IMG/VR virus record: IMGVR_UViG_3300043568_001465
Length of the DNA stretch: 64,000 bases
Reading direction: 5' to 3' (one strand)
From: an uncultured virus (IMG/VR IMGVR_UViG_3300043568_001465)
Lineage: Duplodnaviria; Heunggongvirae; Uroviricota; Caudoviricetes
Under the pieces are notes generated by a model, which saw only the letters and a program-made list of their open reading frames with translations, had not been told where the DNA came from and made no database searches. Within the stretch, counting starts at the first letter, position 1; each line of letters begins with the position of its first letter. Shown one piece after another: positions 29,735 to 39,630 of the stretch. The position numbers and the translations under genes are program-made.

Positions 29735-29775
29735 TTAAAAATAAAGTATTTATATAAAACAACTAAAATTAAAAA

Positions 29776-32526
29776 ATGGCACAAATAATTAAACACAGAA
29801 GGGGTAGCGTCACACAACTGAAAGATGTTACAGCTAGAATAGGTGAACTGGTTATGGCCACCGGATCAATCGGTGACTTAAACGGACCTTTCCTATTTGT
29901 AGGTGAAACAGAAGGCGCAGCAGGTGCTTACCGCCCAACTTCAAAAATTTATCAGGGTTCAGCCGCCCCAACATTAACTGTTGGTTCACATGGTTCGGTA
30001 CTTGATGGAACACCATTTTATGCGTCAGGAAATGAATCATTGTACGTATTAAGTAAAGACGGTAATAGTAGATTAGATTTAACAGGTAACATCGAAGGAA
30101 ATTTAATTTCTGGTGTAACAATTAACAATTTAACTGGTAGTAACGCCAATTACACAAACCTAACGGGAAACACGTTTACTAGTACTAACGCTAATATTAC
30201 ATCACTTACTGGTAGTAACGCCAATTACACAAACCTAACAGGAAACACATTTACTAGTTTTAATTCTAATATTACATCACTTACAGGTAGTAACGCTAAT
30301 ATTTCAAATATTACTGGAACTACACTTACAAGTACAAATGGTAATATAACATCACTTACTGGTAGTAACGCATTTGTTACAAATATAACTGGTGGAACTT
30401 TAACAGTTACAGGTACAACTAATTTAAATGGTGATCTTTTAATTAGCGGTAATACCATCCAAACAGGATCAATAGATTTAACGGGTAACATCGTTTTAGG
30501 TGGTAACATTACAATTGGTGATCAAACAACAGATATTATCCAATTTGGTGGTGAAGTTAGTTCTTCAATTATACCAATTGTGGATAATTCGTTTGATTTA
30601 GGTTCAACGAATAAAAACTGGAGAAATTTACACGTAAGTGGAACTGCATATGTCAATACTTTAGAAGCACAACAAGTTAATTTTAATAACTTAGGAATCT
30701 TAACTGACTTAGTTGTAAGTGGTAGCACTTATTTAGGTAATGGTGGTGACGTAACCGTTATTAGTGGTTCATTATATAATGATCAATTGACTGAAAAGAG
30801 AATGGTTGTTGTGGGTGCTGATGGTTTATTAACTGATTATAGTGGTTTAACTTTCGATAATGGTAATTTAAATTTATCTGGAGCTCTTGAGGTTACAAAC
30901 ATTCAAGGTACAGGTTCATTATATTTGAAACCCGATTTAAATGACTCTAGATTATTTGAAATTTATAATAGTGCAGGACCTTCAGGTTATACAGATATTC
31001 ATCTTGTGGGTAATGCAGATTTAAATTTCTTCGGTGATGATACAAATTATTTAAAAATAGATGATTATGCACAAACAGCAACACTTGTTGGTGTAAATGG
31101 TGTAATTGTTAGTTCTTCATTACAAGTAACAGGTTCAGTGTTCACTGACAAAATTTTAGGTACTGGTTCACTTTATTTACAACCCGATCAAATCGACGGA
31201 AGATATTTTGAAATTTATAATACCGCGGCGAGTGATGTACACATTAAATCTAATAATGGTTTAAGTTTCTTTGGTGATGATACCAATTATTTATTAATTA
31301 ATGATGGCGCACAAACAGCAACAATTGTTGGTGTAAACGGTGTGTTTATTAGTTCATCATTAAATGTTACAGGTTCAACAACTTTAAATTCAACATTAGA
31401 AGTTAAAGGAGCGGCAGGACTTAACTCAACTTTGGATGTTACAGGTTCAGCAATTTTAAAATCAACATTAGAAGTTCAAGGGGCAACAGGACTTAACTCA
31501 ACTTTGGATGTAACAGGTTCAGCAATTTTAAAATCAACATTACAGGTTGATTCAACATCAGAACTTAAAGGTGCTGTAGGTATGAACTCAAGTTTGGATG
31601 TAACTGGTTCAGCTCAATTTAAATCCACAATTAATGTTGATGGTGAAGCAACTTTATCATCTGCAACAGTTGAAGATTTAACACAGGATAGAATTGTTAC
31701 AGTAGGTGCGGGCGGTTCATTAATTGACAGTTCAGGATTTACATATAATGGCACTCTTTTCAAAATTGGAAATGGCCAATTTGAAGTTGATACAAATGAT
31801 GGTGATATTAGAACATCAGGTTCGTTAACTGTTAATGGTGGACAAACAATTAATGGTAACACCACAATAAATGGTGTACTAACAGTAACAGGTAACACAC
31901 AATTACAAGCAAACCTATATGTTTCAGGTAACTTAGAAGTATTAGGGTCATCCACAGAAGTACACATTCAATCACAAACAATTGAATTAGATGATAATAT
32001 AATTAGATTAAACGCATATTCACCTTTTGAAAGATATGCGGGATTTGAAGTTATGGATTCGGGTTCTTCTGGTGTTTCAGCATCTTTGGTATGGGATTCA
32101 TTAAATGATTATTGGATGTTTGTTTCCGCTAGTGGTCAATCAAGTAAATTGATTGGTACAACTGCTGGAACTTATGGTTCTGAAACAAGTTTAACTAGTG
32201 GTACAATCCCTAAAGCGACTGGTGCCAACACAATTGGTGATAGTTTATTAACAGATGATGGAACAACATTAAGTTATAATACGAATAAATTCCAAGTAAC
32301 ATCAACAAACGGAAATACTTTAATAGCTGGTAATGTTACATTATCTTACTCAGGTGGAACCGATAATGGAACTAAAACATCTGCGATTGTTTTCAAAAAC
32401 AGTTCGAATGTACTTGGTTACGTTTCAACAACTGTTGTTACAGAAGTAACTGATGGTTTATTAGGTTACAAAGTATCTAATGGTGCACTAGTATTCTCCG
32501 ACTTAATTGACGGTGGTTCGTATTAA
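29776..32526 (+). CDS. long tail fibre protein with internal tandem repeats
   Basis: MAQIIKHRRG N-terminus, LTGSNAN and LNSTLDVTGS repeats, C-terminal IDGGSY. Confidence 0.75.
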   Translation: MAQIIKHRRGSVTQLKDVTARIGELVMATGSIGDLNGPFLFVGETEGAAGAYRPTSKIYQGSAAPTLTVGSHGSVLDGTPFYASGNESLYVLSKDGNSRLDLTGNIEGNLISGVTINNLTGSNANYTNLTGNTFTSTNANITSLTGSNANYTNLTGNTFTSFNSNITSLTGSNANISNITGTTLTSTNGNITSLTGSNAFVTNITGGTLTVTGTTNLNGDLLISGNTIQTGSIDLTGNIVLGGNITIGDQTTDIIQFGGEVSSSIIPIVDNSFDLGSTNKNWRNLHVSGTAYVNTLEAQQVNFNNLGILTDLVVSGSTYLGNGGDVTVISGSLYNDQLTEKRMVVVGADGLLTDYSGLTFDNGNLNLSGALEVTNIQGTGSLYLKPDLNDSRLFEIYNSAGPSGYTDIHLVGNADLNFFGDDTNYLKIDDYAQTATLVGVNGVIVSSSLQVTGSVFTDKILGTGSLYLQPDQIDGRYFEIYNTAASDVHIKSNNGLSFFGDDTNYLLINDGAQTATIVGVNGVFISSSLNVTGSTTLNSTLEVKGAAGLNSTLDVTGSAILKSTLEVQGATGLNSTLDVTGSAILKSTLQVDSTSELKGAVGMNSSLDVTGSAQFKSTINVDGEATLSSATVEDLTQDRIVTVGAGGSLIDSSGFTYNGTLFKIGNGQFEVDTNDGDIRTSGSLTVNGGQTINGNTTINGVLTVTGNTQLQANLYVSGNLEVLGSSTEVHIQSQTIELDDNIIRLNAYSPFERYAGFEVMDSGSSGVSASLVWDSLNDYWMFVSASGQSSKLIGTTAGTYGSETSLTSGTIPKATGANTIGDSLLTDDGTTLSYNTNKFQVTSTNGNTLIAGNVTLSYSGGTDNGTKTSAIVFKNSSNVLGYVSTTVVTEVTDGLLGYKVSNGALVFSDLIDGGSY
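30128..30385 (+). repeat. in-frame tandem repeats (about 75 nt period)
   Basis: CTGGTAGTAACGCCAATTACACAAACCTAAC occurs twice 75 nt apart, followed by degenerate copies. Confidence 0.8.
31360..31625 (+). repeat. in-frame tandem repeats (72 nt period)
   Basis: GGACTTAACTCAACTTTGGATGT.ACAGGTTCAGCAATTTTAAAATCAACATTA duplicated, plus degenerate flanking units. Confidence 0.8.
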
Positions 32527-32545
32527 CATAGAATTTCAATAATAC

Positions 32546-32577
32546 AAAAGGGAGAGTTTAATACTCTCCCTTTTTTT
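32546..32577 (+). terminator. intrinsic terminator
   Basis: AAAGGGAGAG-tttaata-CTCTCCCTTTTTTT. Confidence 0.85.
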
Positions 32578-32670
32578 GTTTATATAGTTTATTCAGCTTC
32601 AATCATTTTTAATATGAACTAAGTAAGATAATTTTTCTTGGATTTCGTTTATTTAATCCTAATTTTTATG

Positions 32671-32747
32671 TATTTATAAGAAGACCTACATAGGTCTAAT
32701 TAACCGTGGTACATACCACAAAACATAGGAGAGAACCATATATATGG
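32671..32747 (+). promoter_or_regulatory. TATTTAT promoter plus triple-hairpin leader
   Basis: AGACCT-ACAT-AGGTCT, GTGGT-ACAT-ACCAC and CCAT-ATAT-ATGG (the last contains the ATG). Confidence 0.55.
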
Positions 32748-34213
32748 CACAAATAGTAAAACTGCGTAGGAGTAGTGTATCCGGTCAAAAACCCACTAAC
32801 TCGAATTTACAATTGGGAGAATTAGCATTAAACACTACTGACGGTAAGGTTTATATGGCTAAATCTGGTTCTCTCGGGCCATCGGTTGAGGAATTAATTT
32901 TAACAAACACGGTTAATACAGGTTCAATACATCTTACTGGGGCTGTAACAGCGTCAAACTTTTCAGGTTCATTTATTGGTAATGCTAGCGGATTAACAAC
33001 AGTACCATTTCATATATCTGGTTCAGATATTAGTGGAACAACAGTAAATAAAACATTTACAAAGTTACAATTTGATGATAGTACTGGATTAAATGTTGAA
33101 GAAACAGATCCAGGCACAGCATTCGTTTCAATCGGTTCACACTTCAAAGACATATTTGTGTCTGGTTCATCAATATTAAGAGCAACAGGTTCTGATGCTT
33201 TTGAAATTATTCCGGCAGGTGGGATTGAAATTACAACATCAACTAGTGATACCAATGGTAATGGTTATATTAAAGAATTAAACATTAGCGCGACATCGTT
33301 ATCGTCATCACTAAATGATAGAATTGATATTATAACTGGTTCAATTACTAGTTTATCATCATCTATCATCACAACATTAGATATTATAACAGGTTCCGTT
33401 GATTCTTTAAATTTATTCACATCAAGTGTAGTTTTAACAAGTGAAACAGGATCAATGACCGTGTTAAGTTCATCATATGCCTTAACTGCTTCATTTGCGT
33501 TAAATGCTGGAGGTGGTGCCGAAGGTAGGACAGCTAAACTAACACAATCATCACCTGCAACAACTTGGACATTTAACCACAATTTAGGAGAACAATACCC
33601 AGAAGTTACTGTTTATGACAGTTTAGGTTATGTGGTTATTCCTACCAATATATTGGCATACAGTAATAACCAAATGATTATCACATTCTCAAGTGCACAA
33701 TCTGGTACGGTTACAGCAACAGTTGGTGGTGGTTTGCCGGAAATTAGTGCGAGTTATGCTGGTTATGTATTATCAAATAATGGGACAGTACCTTCTTGGA
33801 AATCTGGAATCGTTAGTGGTTCATTACAAATAACTGAATTTGGTTATGCAATTACTGGTTCAAACACATTTACAGCTAATCAAACAATTAATGGAACCTT
33901 AACCATTAACAACGCAAAAATAGGAACAACTTGTGTGTCTTTAGCGTCAACAACGACTGTTTTAAATTTAAGCACATTTGATGGCGTGAATATAGATTAT
34001 GTTATCAAAAAAAGTGGTAATATGCGAGCAGGTAATGTTATGGGTGTATGGAATGGAAGCACTGTAAAATATAGTGAAACGTCAACAATGGATATTGGAG
34101 ATACTAGCGAATTTACATTTACAATTAACAATACTGGGGCTGTTACAGCCAATTTCACAACTGGAACTTGGGTTGTTGAAATATTTTATAGAGCGATTGG
34201 CGGGTGCTCTTAA
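32744..34213 (+). CDS. tail fibre-like protein
   Basis: IVKLRRS...KP....L.LGELALNT.DGKVY fibre N-terminal motif; TWTFNHNLG..YP.VTVYD module. Confidence 0.75.
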   Translation: MAQIVKLRRSSVSGQKPTNSNLQLGELALNTTDGKVYMAKSGSLGPSVEELILTNTVNTGSIHLTGAVTASNFSGSFIGNASGLTTVPFHISGSDISGTTVNKTFTKLQFDDSTGLNVEETDPGTAFVSIGSHFKDIFVSGSSILRATGSDAFEIIPAGGIEITTSTSDTNGNGYIKELNISATSLSSSLNDRIDIITGSITSLSSSIITTLDIITGSVDSLNLFTSSVVLTSETGSMTVLSSSYALTASFALNAGGGAEGRTAKLTQSSPATTWTFNHNLGEQYPEVTVYDSLGYVVIPTNILAYSNNQMIITFSSAQSGTVTATVGGGLPEISASYAGYVLSNNGTVPSWKSGIVSGSLQITEFGYAITGSNTFTANQTINGTLTINNAKIGTTCVSLASTTTVLNLSTFDGVNIDYVIKKSGNMRAGNVMGVWNGSTVKYSETSTMDIGDTSEFTFTINNTGAVTANFTTGTWVVEIFYRAIGGCS

Positions 34214-34296
34214 AATTAATTATTTAATACCCATTTAATTCGTTTAAAATTAGTATTTATTAGTAACACATTAGTGGAAAGTGAAACTAATAGATT

Positions 34297-37200
34297 ATGG
34301 CAAACGAATTTAAAATTAAGAACGGACTCATTGTGTCCGGCTCTGCGGAAATTGAAAATAATTTAATCGTACATGGTACATTAACAGCGGATTTGGTAAA
34401 CATCTCTCTTGTTAGTTCATCAGTACTTTATGAAAGTGGCTCAACCAAATTTGGTAACACTTCAGACGATTTTCATGAATTTACAGGTTCATTATCTATT
34501 AGTGGTTCGTTAAACATTAACGGAACATCTTATACTTCAGCAACAAGCGGAACATCAGGTACTTCTGGAACGTCTGGAACTAGTGGTTCATCAGGAACTG
34601 CCGGATCTAGTGGTACGTCAGGTACATCTGGAAGTTCAGGAACTGCTGGTACTTCGGGTTCTAGTGGCTCAAGCGGAACATCAGGAAGTTCAGGTTCTTC
34701 AGGGACGAGTGGAAGCTCAGGTACGTCTGGGTCTTCTGGTTCAAGTGGAACATCGGGAACGAGTGGGTCTTCAGGAAGTTCTGGTTCGTCAGGAACGAGT
34801 GGTACATCTGGTACTAGTGGCACGTCAGGTTCGTCAGGTAGTTCGGGGTCAAGTGGAACTTCAGGTTCTTCAGGTTCGTCTGGAACATCAGGAAGTTCGG
34901 GGTCTAGCGGAACGGCTGGTACTAGTGGAACATCAGGTTCTTCAGGTAGTTCTGGAACAAGTGGTAGTTCAGGGTCAAGTGGTACGTCTGGGACGAGTGG
35001 CACATCCGGGTCTTCAGGTTCTAGTGGCACATCAGGTAGTTCAGGTTCATCTGGAACAAGTGGCACTTCAGGTACGTCAGGGTCTTCTGGTTCTAGTGGT
35101 ACATCAGGGTCTTCTGGTAGCTCAGGAACGTCAGGTTCTAGTGGTACTAGTGGTAGTTCAGGTTCTAGTGGAACATCAGGTTCTTCAGGTAGTTCTGGAA
35201 CAAGTGGAACTTCTGGTACATCGGGATCAAGTGGATCTAGTGGAACATCGGGATCAAGTGGATCTAGTGGAACATCAGGTTCTTCGGGTTCAAGTGGTAC
35301 CAGTGGTACATCTGGCTCTAGTGGATCTAGCGGTACTGTAACAATGACTGGAACACAAGATAACGGTATCTTAACACTTAATGGTTCCTCACCAAATGCT
35401 ACAGTTGAAAGTAATCTAAGATTTGATGGCTCATTACTAACGGTTGTCGGCAATGAAACTATATCAGGTTCATTAATTGTTACAAACGACTTTACAGTAT
35501 TAGGTTCTTCTTCAATATTATATGTAACATCATCACAACTTAGAATTGCAGATAATATTATCACGGTTAACACTTCAAATCCAGGCGCCAGATTTGGTGG
35601 TTTAGAGGTATTTGATTCTGGTTCAATTAATAATGCCACCGGATCAATTCTTTGGGATTCTGTTAATAACAGATGGATATATCAAAATTCAAGTGATGCT
35701 GGTTATGGTGGGGGTATGTTTTTATCTGGACCACGTAGTTCAGGGTCTTTAGGGTCTGAATTATCGTTAACAAGTGGTAAAATAGCAAAATCGGCAGGTG
35801 GTGACCATCTTGACGATTCAAATATAACTGATACGGGTACTTTAGTATCAATAAATTCAAATACAGAAATAACAGGTACGTTAAGAGTAACTTCAAATTT
35901 ATTTATTAACGGAACTTCATATACTGCTGCTACTTCAGGTACTTCGGGTACATCAGGTTCAAGTGGTACGTCTGGAACATCCGGTTCATCGGGAACTGCG
36001 GGTTCATCTGGAACATCAGGTTCCTCTGGGTCAAGCGGAACTTCAGGTTCTAGTGGGTCTAGTGGGACATCGGGTTCAAGTGGTACATCAGGTTCTAGTG
36101 GGTCAAGCGGAACTTCAGGTTCTAATGGCTCATCGGGAACATCAGGAACAAGCGGAACCTCTGGTTCTTCTGGCTCTAGTGGTACATCGGGTAGTTCAGG
36201 GTCATCAGGTACTAGTGGAACGTCAGGTTCTTCTGGTAGTTCGGGGTCAAGTGGAACGTCAGGTTCTTCTGGTAGTTCGGGGTCAAGTGGAACGTCAGGT
36301 TCTTCTGGGTCAAGTGGCACTTCGGGATCAAGCGGGTCTAGTGGGACGTCAGGTTCTAGTGGTTCTAGCGGCACATCAGGCAGTTCTGGTTCTTCTGGTT
36401 CATCAGGTACTTCTGGCTCTAGCGGATCTTCTGGCACTTCAGGATCTAGTGGGTCTTCAGGAAGTTCTGGTTCATCGGGAACATCAGGTTCAAGCGGATC
36501 TAGTGGAACATCGGGGTCTAGTGGAAGTTCAGGAAGTTCTGGTTCTAGTGGGTCTTCAGGAAGTTCTGGTTCGTCAGGTTCTAGTGGGTCTTCTGGCACG
36601 TCTGGATCTAGTGGTTCATCAGGTTCATCAGGTTCATCAGGTTCATCAGGTTCATCGGGAAGTTCTGGTTCATCAGGCGCTGCAACAATTAATAGTAATG
36701 TAAACGATTATGTTTTAACAGCAACAGGAACCGCCGGACTAATTCAAGGTGAATCAAATTTAACATTTGATGGTTCAACATTATCAACGAGTAACGTTAC
36801 CGCTACTGGTACGTATAATACAAATGCGTCATCAAGTAGAAACAAATATAACGTTTATTCAACGGGTGCAAGTCCTTATGCTATTGGTATGCAATCGGCA
36901 ATCACTTATGGTGGTTTAAATGACTGGGGAATGACCTTCCAATTTAATAACGACAGCGGTAGAGGATTCTGGTGGGGTGACGAAGGACATTCAACAGCAC
37001 AAGGTGCTATGGCATTAACTACTGACGGTAGATTAACAGTGGCAAATAATGTTAGAATCGGTTATGGTGAATCTGACGTCACAACACCAACACTACCATT
37101 ACAAGTATATGGTTCTGGTGGAACAATTGTTGACATTCAAGGTTCTAGTGGACAGTTATTCTCGGTAACAGATGATTTAACAGGTGACATATTCTCTATT

Positions 37201-37491
37201 TCAGATATATCAGGTATACCATTTATAAATGTTAACACAACGAATGGTACTAGTTTTGGATATCATATATTCCCATCAGTTAACAATACCTATAACTTAG
37301 GTACATCAGCACTTAGATGGGCGAACGTTTATACGAATGACTTACATTTAAGTAACGAAGGCAAAGAGGGTGGAAATGATATTGACGGAACAACAGGTAA
37401 CTGGACAATTCAAGAAGGTGAAGAAAATCTGTATATTGTCAATAATAAGAATGGTAAGAAGTTCAAAATCAATTTAACCGAAATAGAATAA
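34297..37491 (+). CDS. tail fibre/adhesin with two long (Gly-Ser-Ser/Thr)n tracts
   Basis: 1064 aa; SG(T/S) triplet tracts; C-terminal LG....RWANVYTNDLHLSN...GNWTIQEGE..L module typical of phage fibres. Confidence 0.8.
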   Translation: MANEFKIKNGLIVSGSAEIENNLIVHGTLTADLVNISLVSSSVLYESGSTKFGNTSDDFHEFTGSLSISGSLNINGTSYTSATSGTSGTSGTSGTSGSSGTAGSSGTSGTSGSSGTAGTSGSSGSSGTSGSSGSSGTSGSSGTSGSSGSSGTSGTSGSSGSSGSSGTSGTSGTSGTSGSSGSSGSSGTSGSSGSSGTSGSSGSSGTAGTSGTSGSSGSSGTSGSSGSSGTSGTSGTSGSSGSSGTSGSSGSSGTSGTSGTSGSSGSSGTSGSSGSSGTSGSSGTSGSSGSSGTSGSSGSSGTSGTSGTSGSSGSSGTSGSSGSSGTSGSSGSSGTSGTSGSSGSSGTVTMTGTQDNGILTLNGSSPNATVESNLRFDGSLLTVVGNETISGSLIVTNDFTVLGSSSILYVTSSQLRIADNIITVNTSNPGARFGGLEVFDSGSINNATGSILWDSVNNRWIYQNSSDAGYGGGMFLSGPRSSGSLGSELSLTSGKIAKSAGGDHLDDSNITDTGTLVSINSNTEITGTLRVTSNLFINGTSYTAATSGTSGTSGSSGTSGTSGSSGTAGSSGTSGSSGSSGTSGSSGSSGTSGSSGTSGSSGSSGTSGSNGSSGTSGTSGTSGSSGSSGTSGSSGSSGTSGTSGSSGSSGSSGTSGSSGSSGSSGTSGSSGSSGTSGSSGSSGTSGSSGSSGTSGSSGSSGSSGTSGSSGSSGTSGSSGSSGSSGSSGTSGSSGSSGTSGSSGSSGSSGSSGSSGSSGSSGSSGSSGTSGSSGSSGSSGSSGSSGSSGSSGSSGAATINSNVNDYVLTATGTAGLIQGESNLTFDGSTLSTSNVTATGTYNTNASSSRNKYNVYSTGASPYAIGMQSAITYGGLNDWGMTFQFNNDSGRGFWWGDEGHSTAQGAMALTTDGRLTVANNVRIGYGESDVTTPTLPLQVYGSGGTIVDIQGSSGQLFSVTDDLTGDIFSISDISGIPFINVNTTNGTSFGYHIFPSVNNTYNLGTSALRWANVYTNDLHLSNEGKEGGNDIDGTTGNWTIQEGEENLYIVNNKNGKKFKINLTEIE
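34546..35336 (+). repeat. (SGT/SGS)n coding repeat, tract 1
   Basis: 9-nt periodicity with mixed synonymous codons; roughly 85-90 triplets. Confidence 0.9.
35934..36678 (+). repeat. (SGT/SGS)n coding repeat, tract 2
   Basis: As tract 1, preceded by the same INGTSYT.ATSG entry motif; roughly 80 triplets. Confidence 0.9.
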
Positions 37492-37494
37492 TAT

Positions 37495-38127
37495 ATGGCT
37501 TTTAACATTGGTGGTACAACCCTAAGTAGTTCAACAATTACTCCTACAAGTGGATTGTTTACATTATCAAGCACTGAATTATCAGGAACAGGTTATGTGA
37601 CAAAAGGAACAACAAAAGCATTTAGTGCTAATGGTAGTTCTGGTGGTGCTTATAGTAGTGGTTGGCAATATCCTAACAATAGTGGATGGGATGGTGCTGG
37701 CGCTTGGCAAGTATTTACAGGTTCAAAAATTGGTTGGGTAACCGATGCACAACGAGGTAGTGATTTTAGTACTTCAACGGGTCGATTTACTGCTTCAGTT
37801 GCTGGTTGGTATGTCTTTAACACAAGTGCATATGTGTTAAATGATTTAGCATCACCTTATAACACTGGTTCGGGTTATATTCACTTGCAATTTGCTAAAA
37901 ACGGGTCAAGAGATTGGAATAATAGCTATTGCCCATACACAATTTATATGTACGGAGCGGCTGGTGGAAATTCGGGAGCTAGTAGTGGTTATGCCGATGG
38001 GGCGACAGCTTGTGGAGTAATGCAATTGGCTGTTGGTGATTACGTTGAAGTTCATATGTACATAAACGCAAATACTACAAGAGTATATCCACAATATACT
38101 ACGTTTTTTGGTGCACTAGTTGGTTAA
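37495..38127 (+). CDS. C1q-like domain protein (fibre tip/adhesin)
   Basis: AFSA...FSTSTGRFTA.VAG.Y.F...L.VGDYV...F.G.LV. Confidence 0.75.
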   Translation: MAFNIGGTTLSSSTITPTSGLFTLSSTELSGTGYVTKGTTKAFSANGSSGGAYSSGWQYPNNSGWDGAGAWQVFTGSKIGWVTDAQRGSDFSTSTGRFTASVAGWYVFNTSAYVLNDLASPYNTGSGYIHLQFAKNGSRDWNNSYCPYTIYMYGAAGGNSGASSGYADGATACGVMQLAVGDYVEVHMYINANTTRVYPQYTTFFGALVG

Positions 38128-38155
38128 TAATATTTATATTTATAAAAAGTAAAAC

Positions 38156-38446
38156 ATGGTAACATACACAATTACACTATCAGATGCGGAAGACAAGGCA
38201 TTAGGATACGTCGCATTATCACAACAAGATTGGATGGAAAATGCTGTTAAAGCAAGATGTGAAAACGCAATTCAAGAAATCTTCCAATTAGAGGTTGAAA
38301 GAAAGATTGCTGCGGGTGAATCTATAACTGGAACTAAAGAAGAAATTGTTTTAGCTGCTAATATTAGAAGTGCGGCTGAAAGAGCATCTGACCCAACACC
38401 AGACATTTATGGAATAACAAATATAATACCAGATCCTTTCGTATAA
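38156..38446 (+). CDS. small tail-associated protein
   Basis: 96 aa ORF among the C1q genes; TATTTAT upstream. Confidence 0.55.
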   Translation: MVTYTITLSDAEDKALGYVALSQQDWMENAVKARCENAIQEIFQLEVERKIAAGESITGTKEEIVLAANIRSAAERASDPTPDIYGITNIIPDPFV

Positions 38447-39018
38447 TGGCAACATATATTGGTAGTAGCACTTTAACATCATCAACTTACACAGCATCAG
38501 GTAATTCACTTGGCGTTAGTGGAAACCTTGCTATTACTGGAAATGTTAGTATTAGCGGTCAACCAGCGTTTAATGCAAGAGGAACGGGTGGTTTTATTTA
38601 TAACAGTAGTTTTTCAGGTGCTGGATGGGGTGAATTAGGTTCTGGAATGGGTTGGGTGGTAAATCAACAGGGTGCGGGTTCATATGGATTCAGCACTAGT
38701 ACTGGTAGATACACCGCGCCAATAACTGGAAAATATTATTTTCACGCTTCAACACATTATTATAATGATACTAATGCTACAGCAAATTACATACATTGGC
38801 TTTTTGGTGTAAACGGATCACCAAGTTGGAATGTTGGGAACACACCATATAATATTTATGCACACGGAGAAGTCGCTAACTATGCAGATGGTATTAATGT
38901 ATCAGGTGTCATTAGTTTAAGTCAAGGAGATTATGTGAGTTTACGCCCCTATTGGGCTGGTAGTGGTGGTAAAATGTATGGTTATTATACATTATTTTGT
39001 GGGCATTTAATTATGTAA
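38446..39018 (+). CDS. C1q-like domain protein
   Basis: QPAF.A...FSTSTGRYTAPITGKYYF...L..GDYV...FCGHL. Confidence 0.75.
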   Translation: MATYIGSSTLTSSTYTASGNSLGVSGNLAITGNVSISGQPAFNARGTGGFIYNSSFSGAGWGELGSGMGWVVNQQGAGSYGFSTSTGRYTAPITGKYYFHASTHYYNDTNATANYIHWLFGVNGSPSWNVGNTPYNIYAHGEVANYADGINVSGVISLSQGDYVSLRPYWAGSGGKMYGYYTLFCGHLIM

Positions 39019-39021
39019 ATT

Positions 39022-39603
39022 ATGGGAATAAACGTAGGCGGGACAACATACAATGCAACAACATTCACACCAACAGGTGGGATATTAAACGTATCAGGTA
39101 ATTTAACAATTGGTACGGATTTAAAATCATCTGGGCAACCTTGGTTTAATTCTAGAGGTGCAGCAGGTGCTTGGAGATATGCGTCAGATTTTGGTGGTGT
39201 AAATGGTTGGAGGGAAATGGGTTCAACAATGTCATGGACAAATAACCAACAAGGCGCTGGTTCATACGGCTTTAGTAATAGTACTGGTAGATATACCGCA
39301 CCAGTTGCTGGATATTATCTTTTTTACACATCAGATTATTACCATAATGACAGTAATAGTACATCGAACTACATACATTATAATTTTTCCAGAAATGGTT
39401 CTTCTAGTTGGAACGCTAGCCAAAGTAGTCACACAATATATGGTCATGGCACCGTTGCAAATCACGTTGATGGTGTTGTTAACTCGTGTATAATGTATCT
39501 AAACGTTGGTGATTATTGCAGTAATTTAATTTATTGGGGTAGTGGTGGTTCTGGAAGAATATATACTGATTATCACTTATTCTGCGGTATGTTAATCGGT
39601 TAA
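39022..39603 (+). CDS. C1q-like domain protein
   Basis: Close paralog of 38446 (QQGAGSYGFS.STGRYTAP, NYIH, FCG.L). Confidence 0.75.
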   Translation: MGINVGGTTYNATTFTPTGGILNVSGNLTIGTDLKSSGQPWFNSRGAAGAWRYASDFGGVNGWREMGSTMSWTNNQQGAGSYGFSNSTGRYTAPVAGYYLFYTSDYYHNDSNSTSNYIHYNFSRNGSSSWNASQSSHTIYGHGTVANHVDGVVNSCIMYLNVGDYCSNLIYWGSGGSGRIYTDYHLFCGMLIG

Positions 39604-39630
39604 ATAACCAATTTTATTCTATTTATAGTT

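Noticed and set aside
34546..36678. Possible CRISPR array or DNA satellite
   Set aside because: In-frame 9-nt periodicity with synonymous variation and no repeat-spacer structure.
34530..36703. Long antisense and alternate-frame ORFs (PEVPL.., VLVVHQ..)
   Set aside because: Shadows of the stop-free SG(S/T) repeat; no independent start signals.
37495..39603. Diversity-generating retroelement TR/VR among the C1q paralogs
   Set aside because: No reverse transcriptase in the window, and differences are not confined to adenines; looks like ordinary paralogy.
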